Shown here in pieces: positions 26,461 to 35,440 of a DNA stretch of 61,326 bases. The position numbers and the translations under genes were made by a program. Source of the stretch: an uncultured Candidatus Saccharibacteria bacterium. GTDB lineage: Bacteria; Patescibacteriota; Minisyncoccia; Phycocordibacterales; UBA5272. Under the pieces are notes generated by a model. That model saw only the letters and a program-made list of their open reading frames with translations, made no database searches and had not been told where the DNA came from. The stretch spans positions 1 to 61,326 of the forward strand of contig CAZNZR010000002.1 in NCBI GenBank assembly GCA_964577655.1, read 5' to 3'. Position 1 is the first letter of the stretch; every line of letters starts with the position of its first letter.

Positions 26461-27882
26461 ATGTGTTATTTTATAGAGATGATTTTTAATCTATTTAAGA
26501 CTAAAAGTAAAGTAAAAAATGCTGTAAAAAAAAATTCTGAAGAAAATATTTCAGGAAACTTTTCTTTTGGTCTTACAGAAGAATTGGTGAGAAGTATATC
26601 AAAGGACAAAAATGAGCCTGATTGGATGCTAGAAAAGCGTCTGGAGGCCTACAGGGCCTATAAAGAGACTCCACTTCCAGATTGGGGACCAAGTCTAAAA
26701 GATCTCAATTTAAATGAGATAGTCTACTATGTACCTAGCGATCTAAAAGAGCAAAATAGCTGGAGTGAGGTCCCAGAAGAGATAGCAAAGACTTTTGAAA
26801 AATTAGGCATACCAAAAGCAGAGAGAGAATATCTCGGAGGAGTAGGTGCTCAATATGACTCTGGAGTAGTCTATCACTCTATTAAAGACTCACTTAAAAA
26901 GCAAGGAGTAATATTTGAAAATATGGACACCGCTCTTAAACTTTATCCAGAGATGGTTAAGAAATATTTTATGAATGACTGCATAAAGATTAATGAGCAT
27001 AAATTCGCATCACTTCATGCAGCTTGCTGGAGCGGAGGAACATTTATTTATGTGCCAAAAGGAGTCAAGGTCCGGATGCCACTACAATCATACTTTAGAA
27101 TGAATAAAGAAAAGGGAGGACAATTCGAACACACTATCATCATCGCTGATGAAGGAAGTAGTGTAGAGTATATCGAGGGGTGCTCTGCACCAAAATATTC
27201 TTATTCTTCGCTTCACGCAGGAGGAGTAGAATTATTCGTAGCAAAAGGAGCTAAAATAAAATACAGCAGTATAGAAAATTGGAGTAAGAATGTATACAAT
27301 CTAAATACTAAAAAAGCATTAGTATATGAGAGAGGAGAAGTAGAATGGCTCAATGGTAATACTGGTTCATCAACTACAATGCTCTATCCATCATCAATCT
27401 TGCTTGGTGAATATGCGAGAAGTGAGAGTCTGGGCATCGCTATGGCAGGTAGAGGACAAAATCAAGATGTAGGAAGTAAAGTGATTCATCTCGCTCCAAA
27501 TACAAGCAGTGTCATAAAGTCAAAATCAATTGCAAAGAATGGCGGCATATCCAATTATCGTGGATATGTAGAGATCGGTAAAGCAGCAAAGAATAGTAAA
27601 GTAGTAGTAGCCTGCGATACTCTCATAATGGATAAAGACTCAAAAGCTCTCGCAATACCAGTAAATAAAGTTTCTAATAGAGATGTAGAGATATCTCACG
27701 AAGCAAAAGTTGGGCAACTAAGTGATAAAGAAATATTTTATGCGAACTTACATGCTTTTGATGAATATGGAGCACAGAGATTAATAATAGGAGGATTTGC
27801 AAGTGAAGTAATAAAAAAACTACCGCTAGAGTACGCGGTAGAGTTGAATAAGTTGATAGATCTAGAAATAGAAGGGATGTAA
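26461..27882 (+). CDS. sufB: Fe-S cluster assembly protein SufB
   Basis: 'HTIIIADEGSSVEYIEGCSAP' and 'HEAKVGQLSDKEIFY'. The start may be the ATG at 26479. Confidence 0.9.
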   Translation: MCYFIEMIFNLFKTKSKVKNAVKKNSEENISGNFSFGLTEELVRSISKDKNEPDWMLEKRLEAYRAYKETPLPDWGPSLKDLNLNEIVYYVPSDLKEQNSWSEVPEEIAKTFEKLGIPKAEREYLGGVGAQYDSGVVYHSIKDSLKKQGVIFENMDTALKLYPEMVKKYFMNDCIKINEHKFASLHAACWSGGTFIYVPKGVKVRMPLQSYFRMNKEKGGQFEHTIIIADEGSSVEYIEGCSAPKYSYSSLHAGGVELFVAKGAKIKYSSIENWSKNVYNLNTKKALVYERGEVEWLNGNTGSSTTMLYPSSILLGEYARSESLGIAMAGRGQNQDVGSKVIHLAPNTSSVIKSKSIAKNGGISNYRGYVEIGKAAKNSKVVVACDTLIMDKDSKALAIPVNKVSNRDVEISHEAKVGQLSDKEIFYANLHAFDEYGAQRLIIGGFASEVIKKLPLEYAVELNKLIDLEIEGM

Positions 27883-27896
27883 TTTAAATTAAATAT

Positions 27897-28544
27897 ATGA
27901 TTACTAATAATAAAATAAAATACGGACTTAAAATACATACAGACTTCACTGCTGAAGAGATAATTAATCATACTCATATAATTAATATTGATAAAAGAGA
28001 GCATAGAGTAATAAGAGAAGAAAGTATAGCTACCCTTTCCTTTGGAAAGGGGCTGGGAGATAGGACTAATAATTTCCTATCTCATACTATTATCAACTTA
28101 AATGTAGAAGGAGCAAGTGTAGAATTTATTGGTAGGTACAAGGCGAATAAGAGTCTCTGCGATGTATCATGTGTTGTAAATCACAATGCTGACAATACTA
28201 AGAGTAGTATTAATATAAGAGGAATAGCAGAATTAGAAGGAAAAATAATTTCTAGATCAAATATTTTCGTCCAAGAAAATGTGAGAGGAGTAGAAGGTGA
28301 AGAAAAATGTAAATATATTTTCGTTGTTGATGGAGATGAGAGGGCAGGGCTTGTCCGCCATAGCTTTAGCGAAGGTGGAGAGATAGACGCAATACCTAAT
28401 CTAGATATTAATAGTCACGAAGTGAAAGTCTCTCACGCTGTATCAATTTCTAAAATAAAAAAAGCCGACATTTGGTATGCCGGCTTGCATGGAGCCTCTG
28501 AAAAAGAAGCAGTAAAAAGCTTTGAGGAAAATTTTTTGAATTAA
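27897..28544 (+). CDS. sufD: SufD-like protein (short, C-terminal SufBD domain only)
   Basis: 'VNHNADNTKSSINIRG' and 'IPNLDINSHEVKVSHAVSISKI'. It is only 215 aa. Confidence 0.7.
   Translation: MITNNKIKYGLKIHTDFTAEEIINHTHIINIDKREHRVIREESIATLSFGKGLGDRTNNFLSHTIINLNVEGASVEFIGRYKANKSLCDVSCVVNHNADNTKSSINIRGIAELEGKIISRSNIFVQENVRGVEGEEKCKYIFVVDGDERAGLVRHSFSEGGEIDAIPNLDINSHEVKVSHAVSISKIKKADIWYAGLHGASEKEAVKSFEENFLN
28347..28379 (-). repeat. GC-rich mini-element copy inside the sufD-like gene (opposite orientation relative to the gene)
   Basis: GGGCTTGTCCGCCATAGCTTTAGCGAAGGTGGA, translated as 'GLVRHSFSEGG'. Confidence 0.8.
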
Positions 28545-28639
28545 AAAATATTTTTTGTCAAGACTGAAAAGTCTTTATTTTGTGATATTATTTAGAAATA
28601 ACAATACCCAAGTTTGCTATTAATTATTATTTTAAAAAT

Positions 28640-29926
28640 ATGTTAGATATTAAATTCATTAGAGAAAATCCAGAATTAATTAAAATGGCTGCTACAAAAA
28701 AGAAGCTAAAATTCAATGTTGATGAATTAGTTGAGATGGACAAAAAGAGGCTTGATTTATTACAAAAAATAGAAGACTTAAGAGCAAAGCAAAATGCTGT
28801 ATCTCTAGAAATACCAAATCTTTCAGGCGAAGATAAGGCTAAAAAGATAGAAGAGATGTCTCTTGTAAAATCTGAACTAAAAAAGCTTGAGGAAGAGATG
28901 GAAAAAGTACTTACAGAATGGAAAGCTCTTATGCTCCGTGTACCAAATATTCCAGATATATCAGTACCAGATGGAGAGACTGATGAAAATAATGAAGAAG
29001 TAAAAGTCTGGGGTACTCCAAAAACTGAAAAAGAGTTCGGATTTATTCCAAAGGATCATATAGAAATAATGAAAGCTCAGGACTGGGTAGATTTTGAAAG
29101 AGGAATAAAAACTTCTGGCTTCAGAGGATATTTTCTAAAAGGTGAAATCGCTTTACTTGATGTCGCTATATGGCAATATGGTATGCAGAAGTGGGCAGCA
29201 AAAGGATTTACTCCCATGTTAGTGCCTTCGTTAGTTAAAAAAGAGACTCTGTATGGTTCTGGATATCTTCCGCAAGGACAAGATGATCTTTATAATGATA
29301 TAGATGGAGATTATTTTGCTGGTACTGCTGAAGTAGCAACTATGAATTATTATGCTGGAGAAATTTTAGATAAAAAAGATCTTCCAAAGAAATTTATTTC
29401 TTTTTCTCCATGTTTCAGAAAAGAAGCTGGAGCTCATGGTAAAGATGTTAACGGTCTTATTAGAGTTCATGAATTTATGAAGCTAGAGCAAGTAGTACTT
29501 TGTGAAGCTAGTCATGAAGAATCAGTGAATTATCACGAAGAGCTAACTAGACACGCAGAAGAAGTCGCTGAAGAACTTGGTCTACCATATCACAGAGTCG
29601 CAAATTGTGGTGGAGATCTAGGACTAGGCCAAGTAAAAAAATATGATCTTGAAGTCTGGATGCCGAGCCAAAATAAATACAGAGAGACGGGCTCTTCATC
29701 ATATTTTCATGATTTTCAGACTAGAAGACTCAATATCAGATATCGTGATGAGGATGGTAAATTAAAGTTCGTTCACTCACTCAATAATACCGCCATAGCA
29801 ACTCCTAGATTTTTGCTTATGATAATTGAGAATTATCAGAATGCTGATGGGACAATCACTGTTCCAGAAGCTTTAGTTCCTTATATGGGAGGTAAAAAAA
29901 TACTAGGTAAATCAATGTTTAATTAA
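28640..29926 (+). CDS. serS: Serine--tRNA ligase
   Basis: 'MLDIKFIRENPE' N-terminal coiled coil and class II motifs ('FRKEAGAHGKD', 'GSSSYFHDFQTRRL'). Confidence 0.95.
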   Translation: MLDIKFIRENPELIKMAATKKKLKFNVDELVEMDKKRLDLLQKIEDLRAKQNAVSLEIPNLSGEDKAKKIEEMSLVKSELKKLEEEMEKVLTEWKALMLRVPNIPDISVPDGETDENNEEVKVWGTPKTEKEFGFIPKDHIEIMKAQDWVDFERGIKTSGFRGYFLKGEIALLDVAIWQYGMQKWAAKGFTPMLVPSLVKKETLYGSGYLPQGQDDLYNDIDGDYFAGTAEVATMNYYAGEILDKKDLPKKFISFSPCFRKEAGAHGKDVNGLIRVHEFMKLEQVVLCEASHEESVNYHEELTRHAEEVAEELGLPYHRVANCGGDLGLGQVKKYDLEVWMPSQNKYRETGSSSYFHDFQTRRLNIRYRDEDGKLKFVHSLNNTAIATPRFLLMIIENYQNADGTITVPEALVPYMGGKKILGKSMFN

Positions 29927-29931
29927 AATAA

Positions 29932-30447
29932 ATGTCAGAATCTAAATATAGAGTAAAAAAGAAAAAGAAATTCAGAAAAAGTTTTGTGTTTTTATTTTTC
30001 TTTTTTATATTTTTGATTTTAGTTTTTTTAATTTATAAAGCGACAAATAATTTTGAAGATTTTACTAAATTTTTTATAAAAGAAGAAGAAAAAGAAATCA
30101 TCTCAGAAAAAGAAAGAAGTTTACTAGATATATTTATAGAAAGATTACCAAGCCAGAATCTTAACTACGCTTCTTCAAGTGTTGAAGAAGATGGTGATGA
30201 GAAAATATTTTTGGATGGGACTAGAGAAAATTCTGGATACATATATGTAAACAGTAAAGAAAAAGGAGAATTTGTCTGGACTACTTTCGTCTCCGCTATT
30301 TCTGCATTGCCTCTCAAAGAAAAGATAGAAAAAGATCTGAAAAATCTAGAATACATAGATCTTAGGTTTGGTAATAAAATATTTTATAAATGGAGAAGTG
30401 AAGAGGTAAATTTGACAAAAGAAATTATACCAAATGAAACTAATTAG
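29932..30447 (+). CDS. Hypothetical membrane-anchored protein
   Basis: K-rich N-terminus plus a TM helix. No domain recognised. Confidence 0.5.
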   Translation: MSESKYRVKKKKKFRKSFVFLFFFFIFLILVFLIYKATNNFEDFTKFFIKEEEKEIISEKERSLLDIFIERLPSQNLNYASSSVEEDGDEKIFLDGTRENSGYIYVNSKEKGEFVWTTFVSAISALPLKEKIEKDLKNLEYIDLRFGNKIFYKWRSEEVNLTKEIIPNETN

Positions 30448-30476
30448 AAAATTGATAGTGTTAAATACTTTATATT

Positions 30477-31577
30477 ATGAAAGAAAATTTTGTAGATTCT
30501 CTGAGAAAAAAAAGACACGGAGGAAAGCCGATAGTCGTATTAGCGCCTATGGCTGATGTGACTGATGAGGTCTTTAGAAAAATGATAGAAAGATATTCCA
30601 TGCCATCTGGCCCAGATGTTTTTTGGACTGAGTTCGTTTCTGCAGATGGACTTAGTCACAAAATTGGAAAGAAAAAGCTTTTATTTGATTTGAGATTTTC
30701 TAAAAAAGAATTACCAATTCTAGCTCAAATATTTGGCGCTAATAAAGAAAATCTAATTAAAGCCACTAAGATAGTTTATAATCTAGGTTTTTCTGGGATA
30801 GATATCAATATGGGCTGCCCTGATAAAAGTATAGAAAAGCAGGGTGCTGGCGCTGCTATGATAAGAAATCCAGATCTAGTAAGAGAAATACTAAGAGATT
30901 TAAAAAAGAAAATAAATATTTTAAATAATCCTTCTTCGCTAAAGCTTCGGCAGGATAAAGAAAAAAGATTTTTCTCTTTTTCTATCAAAACTAGAATTGG
31001 ATTTAATAAGGTAGAATATGAAAATTGGTTTCCAAATATTCTAGATTTTGAACCAGATATATTTACAGTTCACTTGCGCACAAGAAAAGAGCTTAGCCTT
31101 GTAAGTGCTCATTGGGAATTAGCAAAAGAAGTAGTTATTTTTATAAAAAAATACTGTGAGAAAAATAAATTAAAAGTCCCATTTATTATTTTAAATGGTG
31201 ATGTCAAAGATGTTGTAGATGCTAAAAATAAAATCAAAATTTCTGGCGCTGATGGAGTAATGATTGGTAGGGGAGTTTTTGGCACACCTTGGCTTTTTGA
31301 TGAAAAAGAATATAAGAAAAGATTAGAACAAAATCTTAATACAAAAAAGGGGAAAGAAAATATTTTATTTAGATTGAAAATAATGTTAGAACATACAAAA
31401 CTCTTTGAAAAAAAGCTTGTGAAAATAAAAAGTTTTAATATAATGAAGAAGCATTATAAGGCATATGTAAATGGCTTTGACGGTGCTAAAGATCTAAGAA
31501 ATGATCTAATGCTAGCAAAAGATTATAAAGAGGTAAAAAAGATTTGTAATGAGTTTATAAGATTACACTCAAAATAA
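30477..31577 (+). CDS. dus: tRNA-dihydrouridine synthase
   Basis: 'VLAPMADVTDEVFR', 'GIDINMGCP', 'IKTRIG' and 'GVMIGRG'. Confidence 0.85.
   Translation: MKENFVDSLRKKRHGGKPIVVLAPMADVTDEVFRKMIERYSMPSGPDVFWTEFVSADGLSHKIGKKKLLFDLRFSKKELPILAQIFGANKENLIKATKIVYNLGFSGIDINMGCPDKSIEKQGAGAAMIRNPDLVREILRDLKKKINILNNPSSLKLRQDKEKRFFSFSIKTRIGFNKVEYENWFPNILDFEPDIFTVHLRTRKELSLVSAHWELAKEVVIFIKKYCEKNKLKVPFIILNGDVKDVVDAKNKIKISGADGVMIGRGVFGTPWLFDEKEYKKRLEQNLNTKKGKENILFRLKIMLEHTKLFEKKLVKIKSFNIMKKHYKAYVNGFDGAKDLRNDLMLAKDYKEVKKICNEFIRLHSK
30929..30960 (+). repeat. GC-rich mini-element copy inside dus
   Basis: TCCTTCTTCGCTAAAGCTTCGGCAGGATAAAG, translated as 'PSSLKLRQDK'. Confidence 0.8.
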
Positions 31578-31635
31578 TTATTGTCAAGTTTTTAAAAGGG
31601 GAGAAATTACAGTATAATTTAACTATAATTTATAT

Positions 31636-32721
31636 ATGAAAAGTAATAATAAAGGATTAGAAAAACCTCAAAATCATTTAGCACTATATAGGAAATATCG
31701 TCCTAGTAGATTTGAAGATATGCTTGGGCAAGAATCAGTATTACAGACACTACAAAATGCTATAAAGCAAAATAAAATCTATCACGCATATATATTCTCA
31801 GGAGACAGAGGCACGGGAAAGACTACAGCTGCTAGAATATTCGCAAAAGAGATAGGATGCTCTCCTGATGACATATTCGAATTAGACGCAGCAAGCAATA
31901 ATAGTGTAGAAAATATACGCTTACTAATAGACTCAACTCAAGCTTCTACTTTCGGATCTAGATATAAAGTATATATATTAGATGAAGCTCACATGCTATC
32001 AAAATCAGCTTTTAATGCACTTCTAAAGACTCTAGAAGAGCCTCCAGAGCATGTTATCTTCATATTAGCTACTACCGATAGACATAAATTACCAGCTACT
32101 ATAATTTCCAGATGTCAGGATATTAGATTTTCTTCTCCATCTATAGCTACTTTAGTTAAGCATATAGAAAATATATCTAAAGAAGAAGGCTATCATGTAG
32201 CCAAAGAAGCTGAAGAAGAAATAGCCAGAGCAGGAAAAGGATCTTTTAGAGATACTTTAGGAGTGTTAGAGAAGATTTTAAATTCAGCTAATAAAAGTGA
32301 TATATCTAAAGAAGATGTAGATAATATACTTGGCATTATAGATGAAAATAAAATTTTTAAATTATTAGAATCTGTGTGTAAAAAAGATACAGAATCTGTA
32401 CTAAGATCAATAAATGAACTCAGTCTAGAGACTGATGATATGATCGAGAAAGCTTATATAAGCTTAATAAAAATGTTCGAGCTCGCTTTGTATTTTAGAT
32501 TAGTCCGAGAAAAAGAAGCTCAGAAATTTTTATATGACAAAATAGGGGAAGATTTAGTAGAAAATCTTAATGGACTAGCAAATCTATATCCTAAAATAAT
32601 ATCGTCAACTAATTTGTATAAATTATTAGATATAGAAAAAGATATTATAGGTAGTATGAGTCTAAAAGGGTCTATTCTAAATCTAGGGCTTCTAAGAATA
32701 ATAGAAGAAGATATTACATAA
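31636..32721 (+). CDS. dnaX: DNA polymerase III subunit gamma/tau (short form)
   Basis: 'YRKYRPSRFEDMLGQ', 'GDRGTGKTT', 'YILDEAHML' and 'SRCQ'. Confidence 0.9.
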   Translation: MKSNNKGLEKPQNHLALYRKYRPSRFEDMLGQESVLQTLQNAIKQNKIYHAYIFSGDRGTGKTTAARIFAKEIGCSPDDIFELDAASNNSVENIRLLIDSTQASTFGSRYKVYILDEAHMLSKSAFNALLKTLEEPPEHVIFILATTDRHKLPATIISRCQDIRFSSPSIATLVKHIENISKEEGYHVAKEAEEEIARAGKGSFRDTLGVLEKILNSANKSDISKEDVDNILGIIDENKIFKLLESVCKKDTESVLRSINELSLETDDMIEKAYISLIKMFELALYFRLVREKEAQKFLYDKIGEDLVENLNGLANLYPKIISSTNLYKLLDIEKDIIGSMSLKGSILNLGLLRIIEEDIT

Positions 32722-32873
32722 TAAATTAATGCTGTATTAAGTATCTAAAGATATTTAAGATAAAGCTTTATTTGTATATATAGAGTCGTAAAAGATATAT
32801 TGTGCGACACTATATATTTAAAACCCTTTCCTTATAAAGGCCTCAAGTAGCTTTATAAGCTTACGCTTAATAT

Positions 32874-32918
32874 AAAAACAAAATACACCTAGAACGATTC
32901 TAAGTGTATTTTGTTTTT
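32874..32918. terminator. Long bidirectional hairpin terminator (dnaX / gltX unit)
   Basis: AAAAACAAAATACAC...GTGTATTTTGTTTTT, with arms of about 15 bp. Confidence 0.65.
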
Positions 32919-33045
32919 ATATAGTCACCCAAGACTATTATTAAGGAGAGGCAGAAATGTGGGATTTTTCTAACTCCCCTATTATTAATTATAGCAATTA
33001 TAAATTCCAATATACAATATTTACAAAAAAAATTTTTATAGTATT

Positions 33046-33279
33046 TTATTTTTTCTTTACTTCAACAATATTTAGTCCTGGAATCTTATTTAACAACTTC
33101 CATAAAGGATCAAAAATCCTCTCAAACAATTTATCTAATCTGATAGTCTTAAATGGAGCAAAAAAATCAAAAGATGATTTTATATTAGAGAAAAACATAT
33201 CTCCAACATATGAAAATCCTAGAAAAATAATAATCGTGATAATTATAATAAGTGTAGATGGATATAGTTCTAAAATCAT
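33046..33279 (-). CDS. Hypothetical small membrane protein (uncertain; mutually exclusive with + ORF 32957-33307)
   Basis: 77-aa ORF with an N-terminal TM helix. It lies between gltX and the terminator at 32874-32918 on the same strand. Confidence 0.3.
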   Translation of the reverse strand: MILELYPSTLIIIITIIIFLGFSYVGDMFFSNIKSSFDFFAPFKTIRLDKLFERIFDPLWKLLNKIPGLNIVEVKKK

Positions 33280-33402
33280 ACTAATAAAAATTATTTATAA
33301 TTTATAATATTTGGCTAATTTATAGAAAGTAAAAATTATAGTTATACAAAAAATAATAAATATTAAAACTAATAGATCTGAAAGGCTTATTTCTATCATA
33401 TA

Positions 33403-34785
33403 TTAATCAAGCGAATCTAGTGCATTTTTAATTCTAGTAAGAGACTCTTTAACGCCGAATATATATATAAGAGTTTTAGGGTCAGGAGATTTTTCTCTAC
33501 CGGTAAGAGCGTATCTAAGAGGCCAAAGTATATCGCCTTTTCCTTTCTCTTCTGCTAGAGAATATATAGAATTCCAAAAAGCTTCAAAGATTTCTAGATC
33601 ATTTTCATTACAATCTATATTTTTCTCAAAAATCTCTTTTAAAATATTCAGATTATTTTTTGTTGATTCTCTATTAGATTTTTTCCAAATTATTTCTTCT
33701 GGATTAGAATAGATAGGAGCCTCTATATAGTAAGCTAGTTCTCCATCTTCTTCCATTTTTCTTAATTCAGCATAATAGCTAATCCTATCAACCAATACAG
33801 GTCTTAATTTCTTTAGTAATTCTTCTCGATATTTTTCTACATTTGGTAAATACTTTTTTATGTAGAATAATTGCTCTTCTTCGGATTGCATCTTGATATA
33901 TTCTTTATTATACCAATTTAATTTTTCAATATTAAATACAGCTCCAGCCTTTTGAACTTTATGTATATCAAATAAATTAATTAACTCTTCCAGTGAATAA
34001 ATTTCTCTTTCTCCTCCAGGATTCCAGCCAAGAAAAGCTAGAAAATTTATTAAAGCTTCTTTTAGATATCCATTATTTTTGTAATATTCTACTGATACCA
34101 TCTCTCCATGCTTTCTTTTGGAAAGTTTTTCTTTTTGTGAAGATAATATTAGAGGTATATGAGCATAGACGGGCTGTTCTTTAACTCCAATAGCCTCTCT
34201 TATCAAGATTTGTCTTGGAGTATTAGCAATATGCTCCTCGGCTCTTATAATATGATTAACTCCCATTAAAATATCATCTATTACATTTGAAAAATGAAAT
34301 ATAGGCTCATCAAGAGATTTGGCTATCACAAAATCACCAAGATCTGTAGTATCTACAGAGACTTCGCCTCTTATCATATCTATAAAAGATACTACTTTAT
34401 TTGGATTCTTAAATCTTATTACTTCGCTTCTTAAAGTTTTCCCTTCTTTTTCCGCTTCTTCTAGTTCTTCTTTGCTTGTCTTTGAAATATAAGCTTTTTC
34501 TTCTGCTATTAATTTTTCTAAATATTCTCTGTGAATTTTAAAGTTATCTGACTGCTTCTTAGTTTCATCAAATTTAAATTCTAACCACTCAAAAATATCT
34601 ATGATGCCTTTTGTATACTCTTCTTTATTTCTTTCAGTATCAGTGTCTTCTATTCTTAAAAGAATCTTTCCATCATTTTGCTTTGTAAAGATATAGTTAA
34701 ATAGAGCAGTCCTAGCCCCTCCAATGTGAAGAAAGCCTGTGGGGCTAGGAGCAAATCTTGTAATAATCTGTTTATTTTCTGACAT
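33403..34785 (-). CDS. gltX: Glutamate--tRNA ligase
   Basis: 'RFAPSPTGFLHIGGARTALFNY' (HIGH) and 'KLSKRK'. Confidence 0.95.
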   Translation of the reverse strand: MSENKQIITRFAPSPTGFLHIGGARTALFNYIFTKQNDGKILLRIEDTDTERNKEEYTKGIIDIFEWLEFKFDETKKQSDNFKIHREYLEKLIAEEKAYISKTSKEELEEAEKEGKTLRSEVIRFKNPNKVVSFIDMIRGEVSVDTTDLGDFVIAKSLDEPIFHFSNVIDDILMGVNHIIRAEEHIANTPRQILIREAIGVKEQPVYAHIPLILSSQKEKLSKRKHGEMVSVEYYKNNGYLKEALINFLAFLGWNPGGEREIYSLEELINLFDIHKVQKAGAVFNIEKLNWYNKEYIKMQSEEEQLFYIKKYLPNVEKYREELLKKLRPVLVDRISYYAELRKMEEDGELAYYIEAPIYSNPEEIIWKKSNRESTKNNLNILKEIFEKNIDCNENDLEIFEAFWNSIYSLAEEKGKGDILWPLRYALTGREKSPDPKTLIYIFGVKESLTRIKNALDSLD

Positions 34786-34848
34786 AAAGTTATATTTAAC
34801 TTATATTTCAATACTAAAAATATAGCATAAAATATACCTTTTTCAGAC

Positions 34849-34877
34849 TTGACAAATTTATATATATTTATTATATT
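34849..34877 (+). promoter_or_regulatory. Sigma70-like promoter (TTGACA-17 nt-TATATT)
   Basis: Hexamers read directly from the sequence. Confidence 0.55.
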
Positions 34878-34919
34878 AATCTTGTTAAAATTATTTTATA
34901 ATTTATAAATTTGTTCTTT

Positions 34920-35363
34920 ATGGCAACAAAAATAAATAGCCACCCTTTTTACCAGGATCCACGATTTGTTACAGAAAAACAAATTTTGGAAAAATTAACT
35001 GAAATTTGTGGTTTTGATGACACTGTTGGAATAATTGATTATTTCCCAAAAACTCCAGCTATTGATATAGGTTTTATATTAGAACAATCTAAAGAAGAAC
35101 AAGAAGTAAGTGTTCCTATTTTAAAAAAGGGTTCTAGTATAAAAATATTTTTAAATTCTGGTAGCTGGTTAAATCCTTTTACTATTTCCGAGGAGTTGTC
35201 TTTTGAGGCTACCAGAAAAATACTTGTACCTCTGGTCCAGCACTGGTTAGAAGTAATCACTTTTCTAGTTGAATTCTATGGAAAAGAAGAAAAATGTGAC
35301 AAACTTTTTTTAAAAACTTCTTTAAAAAGTTTAGAGGAATGGAAAAAAGAATTTGCTAGTTAG
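34920..35363 (+). CDS. Hypothetical protein (orphan)
   Basis: ORF with its own promoter and terminator (AAGCCAG-N9-CTGGCTT plus T-tract at about 35398-35425). Start set at the ATG at 34920. Confidence 0.45.
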   Translation: MATKINSHPFYQDPRFVTEKQILEKLTEICGFDDTVGIIDYFPKTPAIDIGFILEQSKEEQEVSVPILKKGSSIKIFLNSGSWLNPFTISEELSFEATRKILVPLVQHWLEVITFLVEFYGKEEKCDKLFLKTSLKSLEEWKKEFAS

Positions 35364-35440
35364 AATAAAAAGAAATTCTTTTTTTGAAAAACGACTTTAA
35401 AGCCAGTAGCAATATGCTGGCTTTTTTCTTTTAATAATTT

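Noticed and set aside
28545-28639. Possible T-box or other leader upstream of serS (hairpin AGACT-GAAA-AGTCT)
   Set aside because: The spacer is only about 95 nt, far too short for a T-box. I see no specifier, T-box sequence or terminator/antiterminator pair.
32957-33307. 116-aa plus-strand ORF with a strong SD-like AAGGAGAGG
   Set aside because: It overlaps the minus-strand ORF 33046-33279. It would begin just after a terminator, has no visible promoter and has no terminator of its own. I kept it only as an alternative in the finding on this region, not as a feature.
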